From Lama glama (lineage: Eukaryota), in the NCBI GenBank assembly GCA_028534125.1, contig CM052822.1, positions 71,734,001-71,798,000 of the forward strand: a stretch of 64,000 nt of DNA. The letters are read 5' to 3'. Below are positions 28,540 through 41,685 of the stretch, one piece after another; the stretch's first letter is position 1; every line of letters begins with the position of its first letter. The position numbers were made by a program, and so were the translations under genes. Below the pieces are notes generated by a model. It saw only the letters and a list, made by a program, of their open reading frames with translations, was not told the origin of the DNA and did no database searches.

Positions 28540-29270
28540 AGCTCTTTAATTCTAAGAAAGTTGACACCCATGTCACTGTCACCAGGTCACGAAATGAATT
28601 ACATGACACCCCAGAAGCATCCACTGAGTCCTCACCCAGTTACTACTACTTGTGAAAGGTAAAAAAAAAATCACCTGATTTGTATTCCCATAGAGTAGAT
28701 TGTTTTTCTTTTTTAAAATCTCATATACATAGAATTATAAAATATGCATTATTTCTCCTCTGACTTCTTTTGTTCAAAATAATATTCGTGAGAATTACCC
28801 ATGTTGTTTGAGGCATTTATTTTCATGAGTATTATTGCTCTGTTCTTTATAGTCTGCAATTATTTATTCATCTCATGTCAATGAACAGTTGAGTTGTTTC
28901 CAGTTTGGGGCTATTTCAATAGAACTGCTATAAACATTTCGCATGGGTGTAGGCCTCGGAAGGGGCAATACTGAGTTAAGATATGTGTGTGTTTAACTTT
29001 GTTAATGATGACACATTTTCCCAAAGTGGTTGTATCAATTTAGATCCTCAAAAATCATCGTACAAGAGTTTCCTAGTTGCTCTACGAACTCAGACATTTA
29101 GTAGTGATTTGAAAGTTTTAGCCATTCTTTAATTGCAGTTTAGGTTTAATGAACATTTTCCCGATTTTTAAAGATGTTCAGTTTACTGGTAATTTGTATA
29201 CCTTTTTCTTTGAAGGGTTTGTTCAAGAACCTTGCCCATTGCTTCTACTGGGTTGTCTTTTGTTTATCTG
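28540..29270 (-). mobile_element. L1ME-like fragment
   Basis: tctgacttcttttgttcaaaataat..tgagaattacccatgttgt; gagttgtttccagtttggggctatt; ttcccaaagtggttgtatcaatt. Confidence 0.75.
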
Positions 29271-29772
29271 TTTTCTAATCATTTTACAGCCAACCATGTC
29301 TTTTTTTTTTTTCTCGTTCTCATTATGATAGCTAAACATGCATCTTATTTTTGAGACGACTTTCTTTAAAAGCAATCATTTGAAAACTGACACTGTCAAT
29401 GAAGTTACTCTAGAATCCACGATAAAGGGTAAAACCAGCTTGCCAAAAGGCTCATAGTCCATTGACTCAAGTCTGGCTTAAAATATGGCAGCATGTTCTA
29501 CAGTCATTTCAAGTAGCTTTGTAAAATGTTGAGTTAGTGCTCTTATGAGATTTTCCATCAAGCCTGGACCTTGGCAATCACAGGACAGGAAGGAGAAATG
29601 TGTGAAGCTATATAGAAAGCTAGACTTTTCTAGTGTATAAGCCTCTCTGGGGGAAAATATCATATACTTTGGAAAACTGTATCAACGCTTATACCAATAG
29701 ATGCCGGTAAAGTAAATGATAAATTGGCAACATAAAGTAAGGTAGAAGTTGAAAAATAGCAGTGTAATGGGT

Positions 29773-30239
29773 TGTGGTAAGTTGGATAATGGCTCCCAGG
29801 GATATCAGGTCATAATTCCTGGAACCTGTAAAAGTTACTTCTTAAGGCAAAGTGTTTGCAGGTGTAATTACGTTAATGGTCTTTACACATGGAGATTATC
29901 ATGCATTACCCATGCATCCTTATAAAAGGTAGGCGGAGGATTTCACAGACAGGAAAGAGGGGGCAGTGTGACCACAGAGGCAGAGATATGGCCCTGGAGT
30001 GATGAGGCTATAAGCCAAGGAATGTGAGCTGACTTGAAACTGGAGGAGAAACAGAACAGACCCTCCCCTGGAGCCTCCAGAGGCATTGTGGTCCAGCTGA
30101 CCGACCCATTGGCTTCAGCGCGATGAATGAAACTGATCTGGGACTCCTGCCTCCAAAACTGTGAGAGAACAAATTTCTGTTTTTTTCAATCCACCAAGTT
30201 TCTGGTAACTTGTTATAGCAGCAACAGGAAACAGATACA
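29773..30239 (+). mobile_element. MLT1C/D-like MaLR solo LTR
   Basis: TG...CA termini; ataatggctccc..gatatc...ggaacctgt; ccaaaactgtgagagaacaaatttctgt; tggtaacttgttatagcagcaacaggaaacagataca. Confidence 0.85.
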
Positions 30240-30286
30240 AGCATCAGTATCATTTTAGAAAATAAAAAAACATAAAAATAGCTCTA

Positions 30287-30478
30287 GAGCAATGCTCTGC
30301 AATTTAACTTTATACAAAGATGTAAATATTCTAAATCTGCTCTAGCCACTACCCGCATGTGGCTGTTGAGCACTAGAAATGTAGCTAAGACAAGTGAGAA
30401 CTAAATTTTTTTAAATTTTGATTCATTTGAATTAGAATTAGGTGGTGTGACTGCTGGTTACCATATTGGAGGGTACAG
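30287..30478. mobile_element. MER3 hAT-Charlie MITE
   Basis: tagccactacccgcatgtggctgttgagcactagaaatgtagcta...ttaccatattgga. Confidence 0.8.
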
Positions 30479-30620
30479 ATTATAAGAACCAAAACATCTG
30501 CTGCTTATTATTTTTCTCCCATATTCTTTTATCATTTAAAAAAAAAACCTGTAACACTTATTTTTCAAATGATGGCCTCTGAGTTCTTTTTTTGCCCCTA
30601 GATTGGAAAGCAATTATTTA

Positions 30621-30712
30621 TTTATTTGTTTGTTTTAATTCAGAGGTTTTTTTTTTTTTTAGTTGAAATATAGTCAGTTTACAATGTTGTGTCAATTTCT
30701 GCATAATGTTTA
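30621..30712 (-). mobile_element. Extremely 5'-truncated lineage-specific L1 (3' tip plus tail)
   Basis: Poly-T followed by agttgaaatatagtcagtttacaatgttgtgtcaatttct, the same 3' end as the L1s at 52.8 and 61.8 kb. Candidate TSD at 30606-30620 and 30713-30727. Confidence 0.7.
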
Positions 30713-32239
30713 GAGAGCAGTCATTTAATCATCCTGGAAGCTGTCTTCATTGTCAGAAATTTGGTGCCAAGTTATTCCCCTAACCAGACCATTTTCCAAG
30801 CCAGTGTCCAGATTCAGTTATTTTTCACATATCTGTGTATGAAGAATGCAAAATACACTTATGTCTTTTCCAAGAAAAATACACATGTTTACAATAAGAA
30901 AAAGATGAGTTAAAATATTTGTTGTGGACTGCTTTCCCAAAGTTACTGTGATTTAAATTTACCTGTACTGGAGTTCACGTGGGAGTGGAAGCTTAGAAGA
31001 TGGTCTGCTTTTTTTGTTTGTTTGTTTTGAACCTAGTGAACTATTGTCTCAAGGGCTTTGTTTGAGTTTTCAATGGGAAGGAAATCACGGACCTTTGAGT
31101 GGAGAAAAGTGGTCCAGATACGTTTTGTCCTCATGAGAGTAGCAGCCTTGTGATTCCAGGGTCCCAGCAAGGAGAAGCCAGGCTTTGATCACTCCCATGG
31201 AAGAGAAATGAATTCTCTCATCTTTTTGGGAGTCCCCTCAGGGGTTGATCTGAGCTCTGCCTTATACCTGCAGGTTGGGGGATGGATTTGTACTTCTTTT
31301 GCTTCAGAGTTGGCCAGAAGAACTAGAGAAGGAGAAATATCAATGTGAACCTTGCTTCTGCTGGAGTCTGTGCCGACCGTAATTCCCCTGGTGTTGGTCA
31401 TCTTTCTTCTGTGCAGTCAGTCCTTCCGTGGTCACTCTGTCATTGGAGAAATTAGCTACTTCTCAGGGTTGAAAATGGAAGTTTACTGTATTTCAAATGG
31501 AGGGAGAAGTTTAGTTCCAGGCCACTGCTTTTAAGCCTTTAGGGCTTCTGCTGTTTTGTTTTCCTGTTTTGCCTTGATGATAATATGAATTCCAGCTTCA
31601 GTGAATTTAGACTCATTTTAAATTATTCTGCTCTCTGCATTTGGTGTTCCCTCAAGTTTAGTTGAAACAAGTGCGTGCTGTTATTTTTAAAACTTAACGA
31701 CATTCCCTGTGTCTTTGGACTCAGTAAGCTTTCTCCCAGAGCACTGATGCTAATCTTCTCACTCTGTACCGAAGGGACTGCATGAAGCGGGAGGAAGAGG
31801 TCTCAGTCTAAAAACTTTTAACATCGTTTATGGCTGCAATACTGAAACATTCACTTTACAAAAGCCCAACATGGTATATTGATTAAAGCAGTGAGCGTTT
31901 CTGATGACAAATACTAAGCTCACTTTTAACCAGAGCCTTCGTACAAGTAAGATCAGCCCCTTGGCGAAGCAGGATGCACACAACCAAAGTAATGTTTATA
32001 GATGTCTTCGATTTGGATGAATAATTAATGAAGCCTATGTATATTGCCCCATGCAAATCATGGTGGGAAATAAGTGCCAGACTTGGGGAACACATCTCAG
32101 AAAATGCCAGATACAAATAGAAGAAGGGCAGCATTTTGTCCTTTTCATGCTGTGCTAATGAGAATGCTCTCTTGTAGGGAACCCAGACCAACGCCCACGG
32201 CGCCCGGCTTCCGGGGCAAGAGCTACCACCGTGCGTACA

Positions 32240-32661
32240 TGTATTAGGTTTCTAGGGCTGTTGTAACAAAATACCACCAACTGTGTGGTTTAAGACAGTG
32301 GAGATTTATTCTCTCACAGTTCTGGAGAGCGTAAGTCTGAAATCAAGGTGTTAGCGGCATGGGTTCCTTCTGGATGCTCGGAGGGAGAAACTGTCCCAGG
32401 CCTGTCTTCTAGCTTCTGGTGGCTGCTGACAATTCCTGGTGTCCCTTGATGTGCCGTGGCATCTTTCCAATGTCTGCCTCTGCCTTCACGTGGCCTTCTT
32501 ACATAGACACCAGTCATTGGATTTAGAATCCACCCTAACTCAGCATGACCTCATCTTAAAGGAACTAATTACATCTGTAAGAATCCTATTTCCAAATAGG
32601 GCCATGTTTTGAATTTCTGGGTGGTGATGAATTTGGGGGCAACGTTACTCAACTTAGTGCA
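32240..32661 (-). mobile_element. MLT1C/B-like MaLR solo LTR
   Basis: tgtattaggtttctagggctgttgtaacaaaataccac...tttattctctcacagttctggag...gacaccagtcattggatttag...catgacctcatctta. Confidence 0.88.
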
Positions 32662-32835
32662 AGATTTATTTGTTAAAATTGGTAAGAATTTCCTTTTAGA
32701 TCCATTTGGCTGGGCAGAGAAATAAGAAACACTTCTGCAAGTCAACCCATGTTTTCCTGTTGGCATTAGATATTACTAATGTCTAATGTTAAATGTATTT
32801 TGCATAATACTTGTATTATTGTATTCTGTGTTCAT

Positions 32836-32872
32836 CACACACACATATACATACATATACACACATACATAT
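32836..32872. repeat. Compound (CA)/(CATA) microsatellite
   Basis: cacacacacatatacatacatatacacacatacatat. Confidence 0.75.
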
Positions 32873-32964
32873 GAAGTAAAATATTTTTATGTTGCTTGGG
32901 GATCAATATATTATGACACAGATTCATCAATCCCATTAGCACTTTATTGAATTCTATTTGTAAA

Positions 32965-33230
32965 TTGTTTTGCTAATTTAAAATCTAATGCAAATTGGAT
33001 CATATCACACCTGTGCTTAAAACACTTTGTGATGCTACATTGCCTATAAAGTGTAAGCTGTTAGCTTGAAACATAGTGCCCTCGCTCTTACCTCCGCCGT
33101 CTTGTACCCTGTCGTTTCCACATTGAGCTTTATGCTCCACTAAGACAAATTATTCCAACTTCCAAATGCATAACCTGCGTCTGTAACATCTATTCATCCA
33201 GGATGCCCTCTTCAGTTGCAGTGCCTTCTC
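32965..33230 (+). mobile_element. L2 fragment
   Basis: aatgcaaattggatcatatcacacctgtgcttaaaacact is L2-like. Confidence 0.55.
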
Positions 33231-34904
33231 TATTATTCAGCACCTGATCTTGTTTTTGGGAATTCCACTCATTAGCAGACCCCCTGCACACAGTTATGTT
33301 TGCAGAACTGAAGTGACGTCAGATGGAAATGGTACAGACTTAATCGATTCCCTCGATGAAAACCGACTCCTGTTTGATGTTGGAGAGATTCTTCCCTTGG
33401 TTGAAAAAGGATATGATTCTATTGCATCATATTGGTGCTCTCGGGGCCTACAGAATGTTGAAATGACTGCTAGAATATGTTAATAGATGTACCAACAGAG
33501 CCATGTAAAAAAAAAGAACTCAGTATTTATTTTTCTAATTAAATAGTTCTAGACCTTGTGTTATTTCTGTTTAATATGATCTTACAGCACAGTTTCATGA
33601 GCTGCTTCATAGATTACACATATAAATTGCTTAGCTTAGCATCAGAGGAGAAAATACCACAGTCTTATTAATTAAATGTGAACTTTATATCAAGATTAAT
33701 GTGAAAATCAAAGTAAATCAGTATAAAAATAGATGTAATAGCCACTGAAGTCAGGTTACACACAGTAAAGGGGTAATTAAAATTGTTGTGCTGGTATGTA
33801 ATGTATGCAAGAGCATGCTGTGGTCTTAAGTTTTTATGCAATTAGATGAAAATAAACTTGATGTGTTATAACAAGGAATGGCCTTGTTATTAAGACAACT
33901 GGAACTTAGTCTCAAGCACATAGTGTTCTCCAGTTCTTTAAAGAGTGGGCTGTGCTTCAGACTGGAATTGGAATACTTTGTAACAGACTATTTCTGCATA
34001 TCTACTTGTGGCTCACCTTGGTGCTGATAATGCCTCAGCTGATACTTCTTGCAGCAGTCTGGTATTTTCCAGATGGTGAAAATGTCCTGGACAATTTGCA
34101 TCCTGATCTTTACTATCTTAACAACCTAAATTTAAAAGGATAGGTATAAAAAGATAATAAGGTATTGTCATTTTATGTGATTCAAAAGTCAGATACTCAG
34201 TAGGTCTCCTTCCTGGGTTGACATTTGAGAGTGACATTTGCATGGAAAGGAAATTTACAATATGAAAAACAAAGAATTGCATTCTCATTTTTCATGTCTA
34301 TAGGGATACATGTTATCAGCATTTAATTAATTTTTTCCTCTGTAATTTATTTGCTTGGAAGATAGTTACTATTCAGTCTATTCAGTGGGAAACCATGGCA
34401 GATTATCATTCTGCTTAGGTGCAAGACAGTCACAGGGGGCAGCTAGTGTATGTTCTGGAAAAATATTGGTCAGTGATTTAGAATTAGATTTACATTGTAT
34501 TGCTTACTACAAAATCTAGCTTTAAATTTACCCTCAAAAATTGTCAACGTTCACATAGAAAATCAACAAGGTTGATGTAGCACAAACTAAAATTATTAGT
34601 AAAGAAAAACATCACACTCATGTTTGCAGCCCTGAATTAGGAATAATCATATACTTCTACTGTGAAGTAAGAGAGAATATATTTTTATTGTAAATGTTAG
34701 TCCGAAATTCTTTTCATAAAATAATTTTCCAAGGAAAATAGACATATTAAAACAAAGCATGTCATTTTGTAACTGGCTGAAGATGAGAATAAAATGACAA
34801 AAAATAATATGCTCCAGCATGGTTTACAAATAAGGCTTTTTGATTGAAACAAAGAACCGTATGTGTATTCTCCCAGAACGGAACTAAAAAGTTCCCAAGA
34901 GACC

Positions 34905-35000
34905 TCTCAGCCCAATCCCTTATTTTACTAATGAGGAAACGGAAATCCACAAGTTTACGTGACTTGCATAAGTGAGTTAATCGCAGACCCAGAAATCCTG
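34905..35000 (-). mobile_element. MIR fragment
   Basis: ccctattttactaatgaggaaacggaa...gtgacttgc. Confidence 0.55.
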
Positions 35001-37572
35001 CAGAACGGAGCATCACTTCCTCTCTGACAAGTGGTGCCTCTCTCCTCTTGTTAATTATTCTTTTCTTCTTCTCTGCACTCAAGGATTTTTTGTAATCGTA
35101 GTGATGGGCTCAGAAAATTTTATTTGTAGATTCTAATGTCTGTAAACATCATCTCACAGCTTTCACCATAGGGACATGTAGAAGGAGCTATTCGGCAAGA
35201 CAGATATCTCAACACGGTTGCACATCCAGATGTCCAATGAGAAAATTTAAATAGACTGATCTTCAAAATGCACTCATTGAAGGGCAGCTTGCAGATAACA
35301 CAGCTCAAGCTTTCTTTGCATTTTGGTGCAGAAAGTTTATCAAGCTCAGCGTATTTCCTCAGGAAATCTCAGCTCCTGAGATATTTAACTCCTTTTGACA
35401 TAGAAGTTAATCCTTATATATCTTAGGCGATTGCAGACAGTATTAAAGTCAAAGTTACAGTTATGGAGCCCATCAATATTTCACTTATGATTCTTGTTTA
35501 ATATGAGGCAAGAAGTAAAATTTAAAACCCTGCAAATATACACCAAGATTTTTTTATTAGCTTTTATTCTTGAGTTGTTAGTCTTAATTATCACCTATTT
35601 AAATTAGCTTAGCTAGGGAGAGAAGAGCAAATATTTAAGGTGGCCATTATCACCGTCGTGAATTAAAAGTAACAGTGTAATAAAATAATCATTTAGTAAG
35701 CTAACTTTTAAATTTCCGGCAATCCAGATTACTTGGATATATCACTTGAAAATTAGAAATCAGTCATTTTAAATCATTTGATAATTTTATTCCTATTACC
35801 TGGGAACATTTAATTATTTTATTCTTATTGCCATCGCACCTAGACTTGAAGAGAATTATCACAGTTTTATTGTTTATATTCTTATTCTGGTTGGAGCATA
35901 TATGTAGTATTTTGTTATGTTCCTACCAGTGTTGTGTTAGTCTTTTCAGTCGTCCTCTTGTTCTGGCAGACTGCGAGGAGCTAGACAGCTTGACTCACGT
36001 TCCATTGTACTCCCAGTTACTGGGAGAATGATGATCCTAGGAGATTAAGAAGGCAGTTGACCTGGACCAGTCCCTTTAAATATTCCAATAACTGTGCCCT
36101 CGAGCAGCCCCAAAGAATTATCTTTTCTAGGAGGAAAGTCCTTGTCTGTGGAATGTCTTGAGCAAGATAGCCCTCTATTAGGTTGCTTTTGGCAAACACA
36201 TTGAGCTTCTCCTGAGTGATGGTCACAGCTCATTGGAGAATGACTTGTAAGCTAGATAATCACTGAAGTGTTGAAGGGAGATGTTTCACAACCTAAATGT
36301 TCAGGAAGACGTGGGAACTCCTCCTGGTCCCTGCGATAAGGGAGGAGTTTTGGCTGGGAGACCTTACTCCTGGGAGCAGGGTGTGCGGGGAACCTGGGGT
36401 AGGTCACTTCAGACCCTCCTGGCTTTTCTTAGATGTCAGTGTACACATAATATTAGGCCTTAAACCAAAGTCTCTTGATTGCTTGTCGCTTGAAATTATT
36501 GGTAAAATTAGGCTCAGGGTAAGATCTTTGTGTAAATGTGATTTAACCATCAGATCCATATATCACCACATGGACTGTATTCACTACCAGCCTCAGTCAA
36601 ATCCACAACACTCAACACCTCATCCAACATTCTTCCTTCCCTGCAGTCAGCCTCCTGTTTATCGGGTTGTTTATATTTAGTGGTTTGCGCTACTTGAGAC
36701 GTGTTCTGCCAGCCGTGTGTGTGTGTGTGTTGTACAGAAGAAATCTAGAGAATGAGCAAATATCTTCTTACATTTCCTTTGAAATGCAGATGTTTGAATA
36801 TTTGGGAGAGGAATCCTCTTTCCTCTGGCATTGCGTTTACACAGAAAAGATAGCTCTTTCCCTCAAATCATTTTACAAGGTTTTCCCGTGTTGCAAAGGA
36901 TCAGGTGAAAACATGGCTGAGCTCATCTCGTAAGGTTTTGACTCTTAGCACGACGGGTTTAATGGCCCCTCTGATTCACCCCGACTCCAAATTTAGAGAT
37001 AATGTGTCATCCGTTACAGGGATACTTTCAGTTGACCCCAAATAAAGTGTATTTACTAATGCTTGTGTCCGCAATCAAAAAGCAAGTTCAGTAATTAATA
37101 CAACAAAACCCAGTGAGATGCCCTGCAGCATATTTGAGGGGTAGAGCAGAACGAAAGGTTTCATTCATTCTTCAGATGAGCTTTTTTTTTTAAACAATGT
37201 TTAAGGTAAAACATGACACAAAATCATTTGAAACCATGCTGCAAAGCAATCTCTCAATTTAAGATCAAAAGATGTCTACAGAATGCATTGTGTTTCCTCC
37301 TTTGTCAGCCAACAGTGCAGATTCATTCAAGAGTTGGCCCCAAACTCCTCAGCGTGATGGTAGAATCCCTGCATCTCTCAGAGCCACTCGGACCTTCCAT
37401 ACTCTCTGCGCCCCCTCATAGCCTCCTGCTTTATGCTTTGTGGCACCTGTTCTCTCTTTATTTTCCATTTATTTTCTTATTTTACTTTCTTCTTTCTAAA
37501 ATAAAAGAATCAATAAATGTTTTAAAGCAATTCATATTTTGTACTTTGCCCACAGTGACTATTAATATAGAT

Positions 37573-37819
37573 CAAAGTCTCCCATCTTTGACACTGTTGA
37601 TGTTTTTGGCCAAATAATTCGTTGTTGGACATAGCGGGGAAGAGGATGTCCTGCTCACTGTAGACTCTTAAGCAGCATCCTTGTCTTCTGCCCATTAGAT
37701 GCGAGTTGTGCATCATGCGTCCCCCAGTTTTGACAACCAGAACTGACACCAGACATTAGGAACTGTGTCCTGGGGGTGGGAGGGGGCAGTGCAGAGTTGC
37801 CCTCGGGTGCGAACTGCTC
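37573..37819 (-). mobile_element. MER20 hAT-Charlie MITE
   Basis: acactgttgatgtttttggccaaataattc...tgtcctgctcactgtag...agcagcatcc...tagatgc...tgacaaccag...ccagacatt. Confidence 0.82.
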
Positions 37820-39364
37820 GTACAGATGGTGCTTGTCACCTGGTCACCGGTTCATTATATTGTTGGCCACTTTGAAATAAAGAAAATAGACACATTGTCA
37901 GAATCTGTTCAATTTTCATTTAATCTGTATTTTAGTGCCTGCTGTGTGCAGAAAGCATGTCCCGCATGCTAAGATTTCCTTAGACTTTGGATTGATAAGG
38001 GCAATATTCATGTATTACGCTGTGCTAATATAGATAAATCTCCTATGTGTGTGCTCTGGGGGGAAACACGACTGTGTCACTTTATCGGCATAAATATTAC
38101 AAGGACGAATGACCCCCTGATTTCTCATATCTTTTATCTGTGCTCTTTGTGGAGAATCATGCAACATGTCTTCTAATTTTCTAAAATACATGCTGTTTTG
38201 TTTTGCTTAGCAGCCCGTCCATCATCCTTTTGTGATTTGTTGTCATCTTTTCATCTAGGATCAGGTTGAATATTCTTTTTTGGCTAATTTTATGTTTTCT
38301 TTAAGGTGAATTTAAGTTTGGGATCAAGATAAGATTGACTGGATCCTCCACCTAGTTTAGATACAGTGCCATTTGTCTGATTTATCCGGTCATTCCTTCA
38401 CATTTCTCTTTTGCCAATAGACAGTTAAAAGCAGTAGGGATATTATAGAACATGCCTTGCTAATAGTCTACACATTTATATTGTTTCCATACACTCCATT
38501 CAGATTTGAGAAACCTTGACCTTTAATCAGTGTGAAGGCTAATTTCCTTCAAAAGAGAAGAAATAAGTAAAATGAAGCTTTGTCCTATTTCTCAGCTTCC
38601 TTTTCAAAGGGCTGCACGCCTACTGGTTAAGGAAGGAAGGGAAGCCTGGTTTTGCCCTTTTAATATCACTTACGTGGGCCACGTAATAGCACGTGACCCG
38701 GTGAATGGATTTCAGTAACCGTGTTAAATCTTTCCGGTACATATGGAATGCTACACCGGCTTCTTCCTCCCCATCTCATAGGCCTGTGGTAAGAAATGGA
38801 AGGATATGATACAAGTAAATGCCCTGTGGATTTTGAGAATAAAATCATTGTGTCATCTTCATCATGTTTGTTCAGAGATGCACATAGCGGGGCACAATAT
38901 GTGGAGAGTATGGAAGGACGCTCTGTACAGAGGTTCGAGCAGTTTCTCTGCTGGGTGATGTTATTAAATTGGTTTGGCTGATTTTCCATTGCTGTCACTT
39001 GACCTGACCAATTCAAAGCCGTTCACGTAGTTCCGGGAGGCTTCAATCTGGTTCAGATGATTCTTTTATTTCACCATAATCTTGACCACAAAACTGATAA
39101 TTATTTTTTGGTAAGAGGGGATTTGATACCTTTTTAGGGGAGGGGGTGAAAGTAAAGACTAAGAGATGCTCTTGGTTGCGATCTTTCTCCCGTAATGTAC
39201 TGGGATCGCGTTTCAAAATTCAGTGTATTACTATTTCCATGCTTGCTTTTCAATTAAGAAAAAAGAGGGTGATTGGTTAAGTAAACTGTCATTTGTTTAG
39301 ATTGATTGTCACCAGTTTGAGTCAGAAATATACCTGCTGGGAAGGATTGGATCTAGAAGCTGAG

Positions 39365-39520
39365 AGATAGCTACCATTTTTTGAGTGTTTATGGCTTATA
39401 TCTGTCGTGTTCTCATAATCCTGCCACATACGTGATGTTATCCCCAGTCTGCAGATGAGAATACCAACGTGTAAAGAACTGGAGTAACTTACCCGTGTGT
39501 TAAACATTCATCAGCCTAAA
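39365..39520 (-). mobile_element. MIR fragment
   Basis: agctaccattttttgagtgttta...ttatccccagtctgcagatgag. Confidence 0.6.
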
Positions 39521-39631
39521 TTTTAATCTTTCCACAAAAGCTCATTACCTCCTAAACAGCTTAAAAACCAGAGCATAACAGATCCACAAGGAAGACTGTG
39601 GTAATATTATTATCTTGATTTGCATGCGAGT

Positions 39632-39800
39632 ACCCAGCATTTACTGAGCATTGACACCCTGTCAGATACTGTACTAAGTGCTGTATTTAATCCTGCTGCA
39701 AATCTGGACCTATTATTGTCTCCATCTCACCAGTGAGAAAATGAAGAACTAAGACCTAAATAAGTTTTTGTTTACTCAACCAGTGAGTGTAAAAGCCAGG
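39632..39800 (-). mobile_element. MIR fragment
   Basis: agcatttactgagca...tgtcagatactgtactaagtgct...tattattgtctccatc. Confidence 0.6.
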
Positions 39801-40029
39801 TAATGAAATATTTGTTTGTTCACTTGTTTGTTTATTGATTGCTTATTCCCCGATGCTTCCAAAAGGACAATTGAAATAGAAAAATTAGATTTCTCTGTGC
39901 CTCAGTAAAGCACAATACACCTAGAATAAAATTTTTCCTGAAAGTAGGCATTTAAAAGTTGTAGAGGAAAGAAAAATGATTGGATATGTTGTACATTCAT
40001 TGCAAAAAACTTAAAGCATTTTTAATGAC

Positions 40030-40220
40030 AACAGAAATGGTCACGAGATGGTATTAAAGAAAAGCAGAATATATAAAATTGTTTTTACAAAGCAGTATCT
40101 CTTCACCTTGTAAGTTGGTTAAAAAAAAGTATGAAAATACGTCAAAATATTCACCATCTTTATTTCTGCACTGTGGCATCATGGATAACTTTCACTTTTG
40201 TTTCCATACTTGTCTGCATT
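40030..40220 (+). mobile_element. Ancient L1ME-like 3' fragment
   Basis: aaagcagaatatataaaat...caaaatattcaccatctttatttctg...catggataactttcac. Confidence 0.45.
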
Positions 40221-41229
40221 ACTAACATCCTATAGATCTACTACTAACATTCAGAAATTATCAGCATTCAAATAATCAGAATATAGTTTTCAAATGTATG
40301 CAAGCTTTCAAATGTATTCAGCTGTGTATGAAAGCTCTCATTCCTTTGTTAACAGTTTTGACATCAAGCTCCCATCTTGATGTTCTTGCGGGAATTAACT
40401 TAGTTGAGCTGGCTGTTGTCCCATTTTAGGGTCTTACTCTGTGTCATTGTGTGTACACACTTGTCTGTCCAAGTGTGAGGCTGGCCCTGACACTTACTGT
40501 CCCTCTGTCCACGCCCCTCCTCTCCCAAGCTCAGTGACTGTCACCCCTCCAGCAGTCCTGGGCCCTTGAAGCCATTGGGAGCTTGTGGATGTTCCACCTA
40601 GAAATCTTTTCTCCAGAAGAGCGACCAGTTACTGTGCTTGAAGGAAAATATAAAGCTACCTGAATAAACTGGTTTATTCTGTAAACAGGTGCTTATAATA
40701 TAATTCAGACACTTCTTTGTGATATGTATAAAATGAATAATACCATTAAAAGTACCTGAAGTTTACATTTTAAATGATACACAAAAAGAATCAGTGTAAT
40801 AGCTCTATACTGTTGTGATTTATATTTCAAGATATATCTCTGAATAGCATATAGAATGCTTAGATTAGTAATAACTTGAAGAATAAATATGCTGTTCATA
40901 ATGAGAAAACAATTTAAAAACCTATTCTTTTAGATCAGAAAGGGTGAAAGTTTATCTTAATCAAAATGACTCCTTTTTTTCTGCTTTAAACTATAATCAA
41001 TTTTAAAATTAAATAATTTGTGTTTTCATCCATCTCTAATATGGCCGAGAGCCACGGGGGATCGTGTGTGCCATCAACATAGTCGGAAATCATTTGAACA
41101 GAATTTGCTTCACAACGTGACTTTTTAGTTTTGAGAACACTATGCATATATAGGGGTTATTTGCGTTAACCATATTTTGAAGTGTAACATTATCTTTTAT
41201 GATAAACAATATAATACAATGAAAAGAAA

Positions 41230-41450
41230 CGACTCTTTGGGTTTAAATCTAAAGTAAGTTTGATGCCTACTTCATGGGTGGTTTGGGAGTGTTGCTTAAG
41301 CTTTCCACATCCCCATTTCTGCCACCTCAAAATAGGAGTAATAATGCTGACGCCATAGGTTTGTCACGGGGATTAAACCAGCTAATAAATATCAAGGTCT
41401 GAACACAACGGCTGGCTTCGGGTCCGCTCTCACACGTGTCAGCTGTATGA
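41230..41450 (+). mobile_element. MIR
   Basis: tgggtttaaatc...aaaataggagtaataat...cataggtttgtcacggggattaaa. Confidence 0.65.
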
Positions 41451-41685
41451 TCGCTGTAGCTGTTGTTCACGCTCCCTCACTCTCTTTGCTCGCACTTAGC
41501 CGTTCATCTATTTCTCGTGGTCTCAGCTCCAAGGTGAATTTTATTATCCACCGTCTGTTTTCAAACTCATCAGAAAACATGCCTTTAACATTAATTAAGC
41601 ATCAGAAATGAGGCCCTAATGCTCATACGGAGTAATAATTGTTTTCTAAAAGAAGCCACCTTCATATCAAAGTATAATTTCCAGT

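Noticed and set aside
33250-33483. Somewhat protein-like 77-aa ORF
   Set aside because: No recognisable homology, a TTG start, and no match to any CNTNAP2 exon I recall.
34428-34445. CTCF-like acagggggcagc
   Set aside because: The 5' CC(A/G)C part of the core does not match.
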